A stretch of DNA of 64,000 nucleotides from NCBI RefSeq assembly GCF_964204645.1, contig NC_134025.1, positions 9,114,001-9,178,000 of the forward strand, given 5' to 3'. The DNA is from Tubulanus polymorphus. Lineage: Eukaryota > Animalia > Nemertea. Under the pieces are notes generated by a model. The model worked only from the letters and a program-made list of their open reading frames with translations. It made no database searches and was not told where the DNA came from. Below, in pieces: positions 1-15,258 of this stretch; positions within the stretch are counted from its first letter, which is position 1; every line of letters begins with the position of its first letter. A program made the translations under genes and the position numbers.

Positions 1-15
1 GATTCAATCGACAAT

Positions 16-41
16 ATGTTCAAATTATATATATGTATGTA

Positions 42-140
<99 letters not shown>

Positions 141-167
141 TATGTTCAAATTATATATATGTATGTA

Positions 168-257
<90 letters not shown>

Positions 258-284
258 TACATACATATATATAATTTGAACATA

Positions 285-372
<88 letters not shown>
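16..372. repeat. Compound (TA)n/(TG)n microsatellite arranged as a duplicated and inverted (palindromic) block
   Basis: Three (TA)n runs separated by the unit atgttcaaattatatatatgtatgtatgtgtgtgtgt (twice forward) and its reverse complement (once). The YIYI ORFs are artefacts of this repeat. Confidence 0.95.
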
Positions 373-374
<2 letters not shown>

Positions 375-709
375 CTTAATATTATCGACAATGAATAATA
401 TAGTGAAAATATACATTTTTCATGAATTGAATTTTAAGGACCAATGAAGTTATTATGGATTTGAATATATTAATCAAAAGTTATTATTGAAATTTCTCAA
501 AAATGAAATAGATGAGAGTCTTGAAATATATCCAAAATTGTTTATGGATATTTTTTTATTGGTGACGTAGCATGAAAACCGACTCACGTAGAACCCCTTT
601 TAAATAACGCATACTAGGTATCGTTGTATATAGACATTATTTAAAGGGTTTTTACTGCATTAAGAACTAATATACCATTTATAATGTTATTTATTGTTGA
701 TAATATTAA

Positions 710-918
710 CCCTTTCAGTGCTGATTGACCCTATGGTGCTGGAGATGATTTGAAAATTTTGAAAAATTCCACCCTAGTGTGTTGAATAACGGGGGTGCCA
801 CTAAAGGGGGTCTGAAGTACGGTGAAGGATTTTGCTAGTACACCGCAGTTCGGTGGTGTACTAGCAAAATCCATCACCGATTTATACACCGCACTGCAGT
901 GTAGATGCAGTGAAAGGG
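710..918. mobile_element. piggyBac-like MITE with internal hairpin
   Basis: TTAA|ccctttcagtgc ... gcagtgaaaggg|taaa terminal inverted repeats; internal ~24-bp stem at 821-878. Confidence 0.55.
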
Positions 919-3857
919 TAAAGCAGATATATACGAAATGTTTTTCGAGCGTGGATAACGGTTTCAAGTTGGTTTTCGTGTCATCATTGAAAAACAAGAT
1001 TCTAATTAATCGTCTTTTCGTTCGATCAATTCGAGCGATTGATTGCTATCGATATCTTATTGCTATCGGTCTTGCTAGGTTGTCCGAGAAATCGATTCAA
1101 ATCTGAGATTTGTTACAGATTAACTGCTTCGGCGTCGGTTAATCGAAACAGTCGCATCTTCTTTCCCGCGACGGGGAACCGTGTAATTTCGGGAAATCGT
1201 TGTTCATCTTTTCGTCGCTGCACAAACAACAACTCGTTTCGGAATCAACACATGTTGGATTAAATTCGTATCGGTATTCAGTATTCGGGTTGTAGATTCT
1301 TATCGTAGATGTACTTCTTTACTGGATACTGAATGGACCAGCCGGGGCATTGCAGCAGCGCGCTCGCTAGTTAGTATCCGATATCCTCAACCGTGTTCTG
1401 TTGTTGAATAATCGATAGACGGTTACTATGGAGACGACTTCGTCATCTGCATCATTCATTATCCGCGCGTGTTCAGTAAGCCTACCCGGAGACTGCGCTG
1501 CGCATCACGTCACACTGTTTATGTAGATTTCCATGAAAATGCTATTTTTAGTCGATCTATTTTGATATGAATCATTTTCTGATTTGTCCCGATTCGTTCC
1601 TGAAGGAATGAATCGTTACTCTGTAGTTAGTTCTCGTTTGTCATGTAATGTTTTACGAATCTCCTCAGTTAGTAGCCGGTGTGATTCAGTAGTTGGCAGT
1701 TTTTCATATGGCTCGTACTGGGTAGGTATAGATATAGGGCAGTGTCTAAGGCACTGATTTTATCGGGATTATACACACCACTACTAGAGACTGTATCGAA
1801 CATTGATTTTACGCTGATTCTTTACGATTATTCTCTTGGTATGGAGCCAGCTTTTAACGACTGAAAAGTCTACTCATAGTTCGATATCCGTCAGTCTAGA
1901 AAATATGTGATTTTAATTGACTAAACACAATTTATTAATGTTAATTAATTTGGCCTCGAGATATTTGCTATGTGAGAAAAGTCTTCAATAACAATTCCAC
2001 GCTACGGTGAGCGATGTGAATACCTGGCTGAGGGAAGTCAGACCGCCAGCTCCCTGATTATATATGATTTCTGTATAGGATATTTCGTCGTTCTAGGAAC
2101 TCCTACACCTCAAGTACACTCGACACAGGCTTGAACAAGCGCTGCCGCTGATTCTTAGAATTGCCTTACATGTTCAATCGTTAGCATTGAATCGTGTATC
2201 TCGTTGAACCGTTTGTGAGTGTGCTGATGATCTAACCTGGATTTCGATATACCAGTTGTTCACAACGTTGAATTCATTCAGGTTCAATCCCTATTTTGAT
2301 TTTAGGTTAGGGATTGACTGAGTTATTTATTTGATTGCAGTAGATTTTTGTTTGATATGGTGTCTCTTACAGACCCACCGAATTTGAAATCGCAAATCAA
2401 AGTACAGATTTAGTTGCGCGATCGGTGGTCGAATTCTTCCCTCTTGATCTGGAGAGAGGCCAGATAATGAAACCGGCGATTGTCAATGAATATTTACGTT
2501 TTTGTGTTTCACAAAATCGCCGGGTTCAAAATGTTGAACTCTGTAAATTCGGAAATGTGATAGCGTTCTATTTATCTTAGATTTCTGTTTATCTGTGTTA
2601 TTTACTTAGTTCATTTCCTTGTCATTAACTAGCCTCTATTTGCTGCTGTTTTTTCAGGTCAAATCTTTTTTTTGTAGTGTATATATGTAACAATGATAAT
2701 TATATACCAGTATTCAATTTCAACAGCCGTTTGGCCTCCCTGAACAAAAAAAATTCGTCTAAATTTGGTGGTGACATCACCTCTTTACTGCTGGCCTAGA
2801 TCTAAATATTTACCGTTGTTAGGTCGAAAATAGTCGCTGTTAGGTCGAAAATAGTCTCCGTTAAACAATCGTTATTCGAATATTGTTAGTATTCAATAAT
2901 AACAGTGACTCTAAATACACTGGTTCGCATTGTATTATTTCGCAAGACTTGTCGGCTTTCAGTGGAACCGGACACATGTAGTAGGTATTTTTCTGGGCTA
3001 ATTTGGTTTAATTATATAGGAATTTACCGTTTTAACATAGATATTCGCTAAGATATTCATGGAATTTCGACTATGACAGAATTTGCATTCGTTCGTCGAT
3101 TTTACAACATTTGTCGGTCGCATGTGGAATGAATTTCATAAATTATAGATTCGGATAGATTCTGTTGACACTGAGATATTGTCATAGTTATATTTGAAGC
3201 AGCTCAGTTGATAGTCTCTGTCTCTTGGCGTGTATCGATTTGAACAAGAAAAGTTAGCAGCGAGTAGTGATTCATAACTAACATTTCATGATTCAATACG
3301 GACGGAAAAAAATAGTTGTTTACGGTTGCAACCGCAGTCACAGTTTGCCTTGTATCTTCCTTGCTGACCTTTGAAAATATCTTGAAAATGCGTCGGAATT
3401 CCATTAGATTATCCACAACACCTTGGTGTTTGTTATAGATAAAAATAGGTTTTATGTATAAAAGAACGACATATTGACATTATTACAAAAATTTACAGGC
3501 CAACCCGGTAGCCTATGACTTTTGTCGCTTTTGTTGTTGTGTGAATACCAGATTATTACCGTTAAGAAAACTTGACAGATCAGGAAATTCCATGTAACAG
3601 AAATTGCTCTTAATAAGAGGCATTTTTCTGCGCGAATGTACTTGTAATATAAAGCAGAACATGTATGAATTCCTATTTGGTATGTGGCAATGCATGGCTC
3701 ACAATTACCTACCCACCAGTAACTATGGTTACTTGAGAGGAGCAAAATGGTGGTTTTCACATTATTTCCGACAGCGTGTGACAATCGTATGTATTATCCG
3801 ATATACGCTTTAATTGTGGCATCAATTTTTTTTTGCAGCGATGATTAACAGATAGCC

Positions 3858-6800
3858 ATGACTCTAGAACGGGCAAAACCTATCCGCAGCGAGGGCAGCG
3901 TCTGCATCAGCGTGCGCAACCAAGCCCTCAACGTTCCGAAAAAAGATGAACCAATCAATAGTCGCAACAGTCCGACGACCCTCAATATACTGACATGTAG
4001 CACGGACGCTGAGGATTTCTCTAACAGGTACTGCTTAATAACAATTATTATCGTCTTCATATTAGTCATTGCTGTTCAACCTATTCAACGATACTGAATT
4101 CATATCTAGTGTTATCCAAACAGCTGAGGTGTGATGAGTGGTAATTTTAGGGCCTTAAATATCTCTTAATTGCCATCGACTTTGCACATTATTGGAACCA
4201 ATTATACGATTCATCGCCCAAAATGGTCCATTAACCTCCTCAGTGAAATCGTTAGGATGGTACTGCTTTCCTGATAAAGCCTCGTTGAACTTAAAATACC
4301 GTTGTTTTTATGTTCGTTTGTAGCATGTTGTGCTTAGAGCAGGAAATCGACAAGATGAGTCTCACGAACGATCCAGTGTCGTGTAGCACGAAAGCGAGTA
4401 CGTCCGCTTCATCTTCCGGGACTGCTACTTACACTACGCAATCACCTCAATCGAATCCGCTCAGTCCGACGTCGGAGAACGGCTCCGAGACGCTGGATAT
4501 CGGCTACAGAGCCGGCGGACAGAGAGGCTTCTTCGAGGGATTGTTGGGATGTCTGAGGCCGGTTTGGACAATTATCGGCAAAGCGACTCAAGCGGAATTA
4601 AAGGAGCAAGGTTCGTATGTTATTCCCAGAAACCGGTCGAGTAAACATCGCCTACCTCGGACAGACTGGAACCGACAAAATTGGGTCGGGGTAAGCGAAG
4701 TATGAGTTATGGATAGGAACATACATTACGAAGTGAGGAAAATGATTTCCTTTTTGTCAGATAGTCGAAAATCCGAATTGGCCATATCGAGTAAGGCGAG
4801 GTTTACCGTGTACTTACATTCTGTTGATTATAGAATTATAAAATCAGCACCATACAGTCTTAATTAGGTAAAACTCATATTTTTCATTTACCCTTTATTC
4901 ATATGATGCTCAAATACTTCAGCAAGTTATCAAGCAACTTTATGTACATACTACTAATCATTGCCTAATGCGATTATTTCGTATTTTACAGATGATTGGC
5001 AAATTCCGTTCGAGAGTATAACCGATCTGGAATGGTTGGGCAGTGGAGCTCAGGGTGCCGTATTTTTGGGCAAGCTCAACGCGACTCAAGTTGCCGTGAA
5101 GAAAGTCAGAGATCTGAAAGAAACGGACATACGGCATTTACGCAAGCTCAATCACCCGAACATTATCTCTTTCAAGTAAGCATCGGTTGGATCGAGGTGG
5201 TTCATTATTTTATTGTCGATTCTAATCGCGCAATCGTATGTCTATTTTCACAGAGGCGTATGTACTCAAGCTCCTTGTTATTGTATCATAATGGAATATT
5301 GTCCGTACGGTCAGCTGTATGAAGTGCTCCGCGATGGTAAGGAAATACCGCCTGCACTGTTGCTGGACTGGGGTCGACAGGTCGTATGCGGTATGAACTA
5401 TCTACATAATCACAAAATCATTCATCGAGATCTGAAATCACCGAAGTAAGTTATTATCGATGAGCACTGATTAATGAAACGATATCAGTAACGAGTTCCC
5501 TACGACTCCTCGATTCCTTAAGAATTCCTTCCAAATGGAGATGCTTTAAAAGGTGCTTGAAACTCCTTTAATTTAAGCAAAATACCCAAAACTCCTTAAA
5601 TTTTAAGAAAAGGCAATTAGAAATTTTTGAAGTTGTACAGTAAATGGACTATGCCTAAATCAGCACAGTTAGGACTAGATTTATTGTCCAATTAAGCGGT
5701 TATCGAAATATATAAAGGATAGGAATTTGCTTGTAAACCACCGCATTGACAGTTGATCAAGATAAGCAGTACCAGTTTAGGAGGAGTCTTCTGTAATTGG
5801 GATATGAAAGTGATCCAGACACTTCCTTGCAATTTGAAATTTTCTCCTTGAAAACTCCTTATATTCAGGAATGACTGATCTGTAGGGACCCTGAGTGATA
5901 TATGATTCCCGGTCGTGTTGTTAATATCTATGTATATTTCTAGTGTGTTGGTGGCGTCGAATGATTGTGTGAAGATCTCAGATTTTGGTACATCCCGAGA
6001 ATGGAATGAAAAGAGTACAAAGATGTCGTTTGCTGGCACGGTGGCGTGGATGGCCCCGGAAGTCATCCGTAACGAACCTTGCTCAGAAAAAGTCGACATC
6101 TGGTATGTTGAAACTCGAAGCCATTTAAGAAACGATGGATTTTGAAATTGTTGTACATCGTATTATATAAAAAGTTGAATTCAATCTGGTTTTAGGTCTT
6201 ATGGTGTCGTGTTATGGGAGCTGATGACTGGTGAAATACCTTACAAAGATGTGGATTCGTCGGCTATTATTTGGGGAGTAGGTAGCAACAGTCTTCACCT
6301 ACCTGTTCCAACAACTCTACCAGAAGGATTCAAACTACTGATGAGACAGTGCTGGTGAGTTAACTGTTGCATAAAACAGTAGATATCTGTATGAGAGATA
6401 ATAAATTAAGTTGTAAATGCTGCGATTGTTTTATTGAAGGAATGCGAAGCCACGGAATCGTCCTTCATTCCGGCAAATTCTGATGCATCTAGAAATTGCA
6501 GCTCCTGAATTCCTAAACATTCCGAAAGATGAATTCTTCAAACTTCAGGTTAAATATTTGCATTACGTAAACGCCTATAGGTACTTTTGATTCTCGATTG
6601 TTCAATGTGTGTAATAATATTTGGTTATTTAGGTCGAATGGAAAGAGGAAATCAAAGAGCAGCTTCAGTTAATTCGCAGTGAAGGTAATCACATGCCTCA
6701 GCTAGAAGAAGAACTCATCAAACGTAGACGTGAAGAACTGCGTCATGCTCAAGATGTTCGCGATCACTACGAACGCAAGTTGGAACGCGCAAATAATCTT

Positions 6801-9355
6801 TACATGGAACTCACAGCCTGTATGTTACAACTGGAGCATCGGGAACGGGACCTCATTCGGTAAGTATTTTGGCAAATTTTATTTTCTATACTTAATAATA
6901 GGATATTGTTCAGAGCCAAATATTCTTAAGAAACATTGATTTATCATTTCATGTTGAGCTATAAAGCCTAGACAAATGTAAAAGAATAACCTCTTTCTAG
7001 GAACTGGTGAAGATATTGTTGTTGTTCTTTGTTTCAGGCGGGAGCAAACTTTAGCTGCTAATAAAAAGAAAAAAGCCTCTTCAAGTATTTTGAAGCCTGT
7101 TATTAAAGCTCAAGAAAAGATCGAGAAATTGAATAAGAAACGAACATACAAGTCAACCTCAGACACTGGAACTAGGTAAATCATTTGATATCAGATAGAG
7201 TATTAGGAATCTTACCACGGTATTGAGTATTAGGAATCTTACCACGGTATTGATGCGATGCTCACATTTGCTTACTGTATGTTTCAGCCCTGATGGACCA
7301 CCACCACAACCACCACCAGTCGTGACAACCAAAGAACCACCTACAGTAGTGGTAAACGAAGATGGACAGCCTTCGCCGACACGAGTAAGAATGAGAAAAC
7401 ACCGAGCACGACGACAGAACCGGTCTTCATCATCAACGACCTCGAGTCCAGTTAAAAGCCCTACTTGCCCTAGAGAAAGACATCATCATCATCCGAATTG
7501 CCACCACAAAGAGTTCGAACAGAGACCGGGTACGTCGAATCAAGATAAATACGTATCTCCAACTGTGTTCAAGTTTCTCGGGCCGGGAACGGCGATACGC
7601 GAGAACAGCACCGAGTTCCACGTACGCGAGGAACATCGCAATTTGAATGACGTTTGTTTCGGCTGCGACGGCAGTTGCAGCGACGTTACGTGCAGCAGCA
7701 AGCGCTCGAGTCGAATCAGCGCCGACGTGGAGAGCAACGTTTGTGACAGCGCCTGCTCCAGTCCGACTCATCAATCGTTGAAACGGATTATCAACGAGGA
7801 CGACGAGTCGAATCAAAACGCTAATCTAGAAACGACGGCGGAGGCCGAAAAAGACACGAATCAAAACCTGGATCCGCGAACGCTGATTAATGTGCTCGAA
7901 GAGACCATCAAACAACAACAAAATCAACAACAAACCGAAAACGATGATTCGAAACTTATTCTAAACAATTCCACGAATAAAGCGATGAAACGCAGCATCA
8001 GTGATAACGAAAACAGTGTGTCGCAAACGCCGAATAAAATTGCGCACGTGCGCATGGACAGTACGGATAGCGAAGGTCGCGTGGTGATGTTGCGGATACC
8101 ACCGCCGGTGCCGCCCGATAGAATGAGTAGTACCGATAGCGAGCCGTGTTATCGGAGGAGTTCGGCGATTCAGATTCGACGTCGAAGATCAATTGATTCG
8201 TGGTACGAAGAAGATCTACCCGTTGAGGAGGACAGCGACGACGAAGCCAGGTACATATATTTTAAGCATTAGTGTTTTGTAAGTTAAACCTACTTCCACA
8301 GTTGTGGGTCAAAAGAGTGAAATATAAGACCGTATAACTGGGGCCAGTTTGATTATTTTGACCCAGCTCTTCAAGTTTGAACTCAAATATCTTAACTACC
8401 AATCTGTAGTCAAATTAGTTAGTTATATTTCGATCATTTAGCTTAAAGGGTCAAAAACTCATGATGACTCGGGTATGTTCCTGAAGTCAATGAGTTGGTT
8501 CATTTAGAAATGACAATACTTACTGACAAATAGTGCTGTATAATACATAATGGTGTGGTATGCATATATTACCCATAAATGACTGTGATCGAAAAGTATC
8601 GAATTGACTCTCAATATAGAGTGAATTTAAGAAGTTTATGTTCCAGCCGCCAGCACAGGATCAGCAATGTATCGTTCATGAGTTCAGAAGGGGTTTTGTC
8701 AGAGGAAGAGGAGGAAGTTCCAGATGAACCCACGCGCAGGAAGTCACCAGATGCGCTGACAAACAGTACCGATAAACTACATGCTGATCTTACTAACAAT
8801 ATGAGCGATGGACTTTCTGACAAAGAAATGGTTGTTAAACGCATGAAAACTCAAGTTACCTCTCCTGAACATATACTTAAGGTAAGCGTCTGCTGAAAAA
8901 GAATACAGATATATTAGGCCTATGCTGAGAAATCAAAAGCTACAACTGGGTTTACCAGTGAAGCCTACCGTCATTAAATCTGGATTCCCTGGTGAAAAGA
9001 TAAATAAGATAATCATATATATTATGCCACCATACATGCTCATTTCCTAAGGCTAAGGGTAGATAGCTAGATACATTTGTTTTCGAGGGACTTCTCGTAT
9101 TTTGTCTGAGGAAGTGATAGGCATATTCTTTTTATCCAGAACCGGTCATTTAATGACTGAGCTATTAATGGCCGGTACTGTATTTCTTAAGTGGTCTGCA
9201 TATGGGTAAATTGAATTTTTAATTTTTTTTTCTAGACGCAGGTAACAGTAACGGATACATCTGATTCAGAGTCAGACGATTGTTCTGATATGACTGTTGC
9301 AAGCACCGTACACGTTACACCTGTGCATGTTGCTCATGGAAATGACTGGAATTAA
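3858..9355 (+). CDS. MAP3K13: Mitogen-activated protein kinase kinase kinase 13/12 (LZK/DLK/Wallenda), ~980 aa, 12 coding exons
   Basis: Exons 3858-4027, 4324-4610, 4992-5175, 5254-5445, 5944-6102, 6196-6354, 6440-6548, 6633-6859, 7038-7175, 7288-8250, 8647-8881, 9236-9355, in frame. Kinase motifs [37 protein letters not shown]; leucine zipper ([29 protein letters not shown]); N-terminal [11 protein letters not shown]; C-terminal SDGLSDKE. Confidence 0.96.
4640..4810. mobile_element. Tc1/mariner(pogo)-like MITE, family also at 39485-39656 and 63409-63548
   Basis: agtaaacatcgcct ... aggcgaggtttac inverted ends; internal sequence (ggtaagc..aagt..gagtta, gaaaatgatttc) shared with the other two copies. 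Confidence 0.65.
5493..5893. mobile_element. hAT-like non-autonomous element, second copy at ~58052-58382
   Basis: Ends gagttccctac ... gtagggaccctg. Colinear similarity (ggcaattagaa, gactatgcctaa, aaggatag..atttgctt, gaatgac.gatc.gtagggac) with the copy in the SAMD4 intron. Confidence 0.7.
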
Positions 9356-12007
9356 AATGACATTGAATAGTTTCCTGTTAAGTAAAAGTTGAAACTATGA
9401 GATTTAATGGACGTCATGGACTATGCTGGGCAAACTGATTCGAAGCATGCTGTGGCCGGAGAACTTTGTGTATCATATTAATGGAAGCTGTTCATTTCGA
9501 TTCTAGAATCATGAATGTAAACTTTCACTTCAGCTTAAAAAAATGTGTTCGAGGATATATCTAAGGTAGACACTGCCTGTATTCGTACTTTCGAACACCC
9601 AACAAGCACTGGACGTACTTAACCTGAGCTAGTGGTGCTTTGCTTCGTAAAATTGCATCATCGGAAAACACAAAATTACACACCAAACTTTGGGTTTTTT
9701 CTAACAGGAGGGGGCTAACTATCTCACAGGTAAAAACAGAATTGATTTCTGCCTTAAGTTGTTTGTCATTGAAATATCTCATTAGATGATGATGATTCGA
9801 TCTATTCAGAGTTCTAAGCAAAGTGAAAATTCTAATCATGCAACTACAAAACTAGGTACTGTGTATTATAAAAGTGTGTTTTACGTGTATAGATTTTGTT
9901 GCAGAAGGCAGCTATGATAAATATTATAATGATATGTTAAATACCTCAGGCATGACAACATAACTACTGGTAAATCTTATTCACTCTAAACTAGAATTCA
10001 AAAAACCTTCGCGTGACGATTCAGTGTCTTGTAGTAAAGTTTGTCCGTTGTTGTCCTGTAATTACGCGTGTTAACATCTGTAAGGTACAATCAATAATAC
10101 TACCAGTTGTAAGGACTATTATTTCAGAGGTTTGCGTCGATAGATCCCATTCCCGAAGGCGGTTGTAATGGCTTATTTCGTAATTACTCAAATTATGCGC
10201 ACATGCTTTTATCCATTCACTATTTTGTACGTAACCGAACTGTAGGAATTAGGTGCTTCTAGGCCAGTATGTATCTGAGGGATGAAAGTGGAAGAATTTG
10301 ATATATGCATGATAGGATAACTTGAGCTAGTTAGCTGTTGAATTGCATTGTCATCGTACATTGCACTATTGGCTTATATGCTTCCGACTTTAATTGGCCC
10401 TTGTAGATTTTACCTCAGCTGCACCAAGGTCTTCCTTTTTTTGTACCTGTAATTTGTATAATAACATTTTTATGAACACTCACTGATACAGCCTGCTCAT
10501 TTCTAGGTATATTAAGGGGCTAGTTGGAATATTCACACATCTTTATTTTTTGTCTGAAGCAAGTATTGCTATTGCTATTGCCGCATTAGACTATGTGCTT
10601 TGCGCATTTGTGCTTTTGATTCTGGCCTTTGAACAGCAAGGGGGTCGGGCAGAAATAAGTGTACTACCAATTTTCATTTGGAAAATTAGGCTTAGCAATT
10701 CTCAGCCTATCTTGTATATACACATGTATACATACATATTTAGTATCTATATATCGAATATATACCTTGTATCTAGTTTATATATTTAAACGCTAGAGTT
10801 ACTTTGTAAAGTTACAATATCTGGCATTGTTATACATTATCCCTGTAAACTACTATTATTGTTACTAACTGTCTAACATATTTCTGACTGGTGTTGGTTG
10901 ATCTTCTCATAACTTTCTGGAATGATGAAAAGTGTATTGTTAACGATTCGCAAATTTACTCTTGTTCACGCGGTGAACGATTCTCTACGACTGTTCTCCT
11001 CAGTGGCACCGAGTGCCATCTTTTCGTTGAATGGATAACTATCTGCTAATGGCGTGGAATTCGTATGGATATCCGATGAGAATTGTTCATTGTGGTGTGA
11101 ACTGTTGATGGAGTCTTAAGTCTATTGATATCGTTTAGTTATAGTTACTATGTATTGATATGCTTGTGTTCTACGCTTGATCGCCGACTAACCCAAGCCT
11201 CCTCTTTTCAAAATTGTGTTCCTATATTCAGCTTATTCTAGGCAGTATCGATATATTTTGGTTGTGAAGTTAATCATTAGCATATTTTGGGCATGGTTTG
11301 GTTATAGTTTGTAATAGATTTAACATTCCCCCGGTTTTTATGGACCATTTATAAGTGTGGCTACGTCGATTGAAATGTGTGATGCTCATTTTTGTCACAT
11401 TTTTCATGGAAACTTCCGTCACAAATTTTAGTATAACGTATTCATTGTTTGTTTATTGGTATTCAGGATTGGATTATTGCTCACGTACATTTTTCAGCAT
11501 AGCGTATATAACTCATCAGTGTATAGCTCAGTGATAACATGTCAGCAGCTTAAGCAATCGTTCATGAATATGTAATGTTACGTATAGAAAAAAAAACAGA
11601 CAGTATTTGGCACTACTCTGACTGCGATTCAGTTTTAATTCTGCGTTTGTTCTTTGTGAATTTTATATGTTATCGTATGAAGATTTCACAGAACTTGAAG
11701 TGAAATTATTATTTATATGATTATCATATTATCAAAAATTCAAAAAGACCATAGTCTATGAATTTTTGATGTTATGTATTACTGTAGATTTTATTTGGTG
11801 TGTTTTTGTATATTTTAAGTTATGATTTGCGTACCCCGGATGGTTTGTCAATGTTTTTGTTTGTTGATCATTGTATAAAGTCTGTGAGAGTAGTTATTAT
11901 TCTTCTGTTATTCAAACCAAGTGAAAGTTACTTACTAAGTGAAATCTTAAAGATCCTTTTATAAAGTAGTGTTTGTTTTAGAAAACAAATGGAACGAACA
12001 TGTTAAA

Positions 12008-12298
12008 CCCTTCTGGAGCTGAACCCTCATTGAATGCACTCTTGATCGGGGAAATGGGGTACCCCCTGCTTCTATTGACCATATTGATTGTTAGCAAATC
12101 AGTACTGGTATATCCATAGATAAAACGCTAAGTTATTCATCTGTTGGAAGAGAATAATCATACACCGAATGAAGGTGGTTTTATAAAGTATTAAGGAACT
12201 TAATATTTTGGGGCGTACTGTACTTAAGGTGTCATCTTGCTCCAGTCAATTTGTAATGCATTGACCATCATATTACATCGTTCGCCATCTCAGAAGGG
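12008..12298. mobile_element. Degenerate piggyBac-like MITE in the probable MAP3K13 3' UTR
   Basis: ttaaa|cccttctggag ... ctcagaaggg|ttataa inverted ends with TTAA-like flanks. Confidence 0.4.
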
Positions 12299-13284
12299 TT
12301 ATAACATTGTCATGTAATTTTTTGGAAAATTGAGTGGTCCAAATTGAAACAGTAAATCGTTAGTTCTCATCACAGAGTATTGTATTGTTATGGATTATGT
12401 TATTCATTTATCTCAGTAATTCGTCCAATTATTACATGTATTTAATGGTATTTCATTGAGTAATTGTCTATGATTTTTGTAGATTAGATTCATTATTTAT
12501 TTATTGGCTCCTGGATACATTTTTTCTGTTAAATATAATTGCATAATGCCATCTTAAAAGAAACATAAGTTTTAAAAATGTAATTTAATGAAATGTAAAA
12601 ATAAATATGTTTAAATCCTAAATCTATGTTTAAATCCTGTTTTCTTATTGGTAGAATCTATCCTGTTCAGATTGTTCCGACTGCAAATGTTTACACTGAG
12701 ACCCTGATCAACCATTCTGGATGAAAGAGAATAATTAACGTTTTCCTCAAGATTTCGACAATCTCCATTCAAGAAAACTGGACACACATTTTCACCTTTA
12801 ATAATTTCATAAACTGTTTTTTATTTTCATCAAAACATGATTAGGTATAAAATCAGAAATGACTAGATCTGCCCTGGGTACCTGCCCCGTAACCGATATT
12901 CAAACCCTGCTTCATTTCTGAGCATTTATTTACTGTAAGATATTCACAAGCCACAAGTGCATTTTATATAATACCTCAAATACACAGATCTATGGTACAT
13001 AATTTGCTGCCTAAATTATATACAACCTTAATGCATATATCCCCATTATTGTACATACTCCCATCAGATTATACTGAGATTATGCTTTTTAGGTGATAAA
13101 CTAATCACATCAAACAAACAAGCATACGACACCTATTTACATACATGTATATACTACATTAACACTCATTTAAATCATTACTACTGCACACTGATATTCA
13201 TTTAGACAATTGAGATCATTTGCTATACTAACAATATACAACTATCACATATTCGCAGAATGTACGAGAAGCCGTTGTTTTTCA

Positions 13285-14666
<1,382 letters not shown>

Positions 14667-15099
14667 CACCCAATCAAAATAGGCTCAAGCCGTCATTAAT
14701 CTGAAAATAAATGTATCATCTTTTCATGAATGTATATATTTCCCGAATATTTACCAGATTATCTCAAAAACAAGAACAAGTTGTTCTTTTTATATATATA
14801 GTACCAGGGATACTGGATGATCTAAGCTACAGTTCACCCCCAAACTTATGATACGAGCCCCTGTGCATCTATTTAGGAATTACTGATAATTACCTACTAG
14901 TGTAGTAGGAGAAAAGTATCTTAGTCTCGATGTCTTTCACTAACAACAGTGACCAGTGCAGTAGCAGTGCTTGGGAATGTGATGGTATGGGACTAGGTAC
15001 TTAGTTTATCTCTCTTAAGTCTAATACCAAGCACCAGGACTACTACTATCATTACCAGTGATTACTAAAGAGAGAGGGGAGTGGGCACTACAATAAGCA

Positions 15100-15258
15100 G
15101 GGACATATCGCAATAAAGGAGAGCTTCTCATATGTAGCTCGTGCTGCCACCTCGCGCTAGCTTCAGGCACGAACCCGGAAATGAAATAAAATTTGATAGT
15201 TCCCGAACGAACGATTGCAAAAACTTAGGCTAATCCCTATTGTATTCTTAATGTCAAA
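15100..15258. promoter_or_regulatory. Probable bidirectional promoter of TMEM41A and SLC25A21
   Basis: Head-to-head start codons ~590 bp apart; ETS-type ccggaaat at ~15175; CTCF-like tgctgccacctcgcg at 15142-15156. Confidence 0.5.

Noticed and set aside
16-398. ORFs of YI/IY repeats
   Set aside because: Translations of (TA)n microsatellite.
4129-4274. C-box (gtgatga) and D-box (ctga) in MAP3K13 intron suggesting a C/D snoRNA
   Set aside because: No properly placed terminal stem or recognisable rRNA antisense element; such boxes are frequent by chance.
7198-7251. 27-bp tandem duplication (similar small ones at ~2818-2856 and ~44701-44743)
   Set aside because: Ordinary slippage duplications with no spacers; not CRISPR-like.
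7433-8192. Antisense ORFs over the large MAP3K13 exon (likewise over GCH1 exon 1 and SAMD4 exon 2)
   Set aside because: Shadow ORFs of GC-richer coding sequence, with no independent homology.
11002-11018. agtggcaccgagt, identical to 13 nt of the SpCas9 tracrRNA tail
   Set aside because: Short chance match inside a eukaryotic 3' UTR; the rest of the scaffold is absent.
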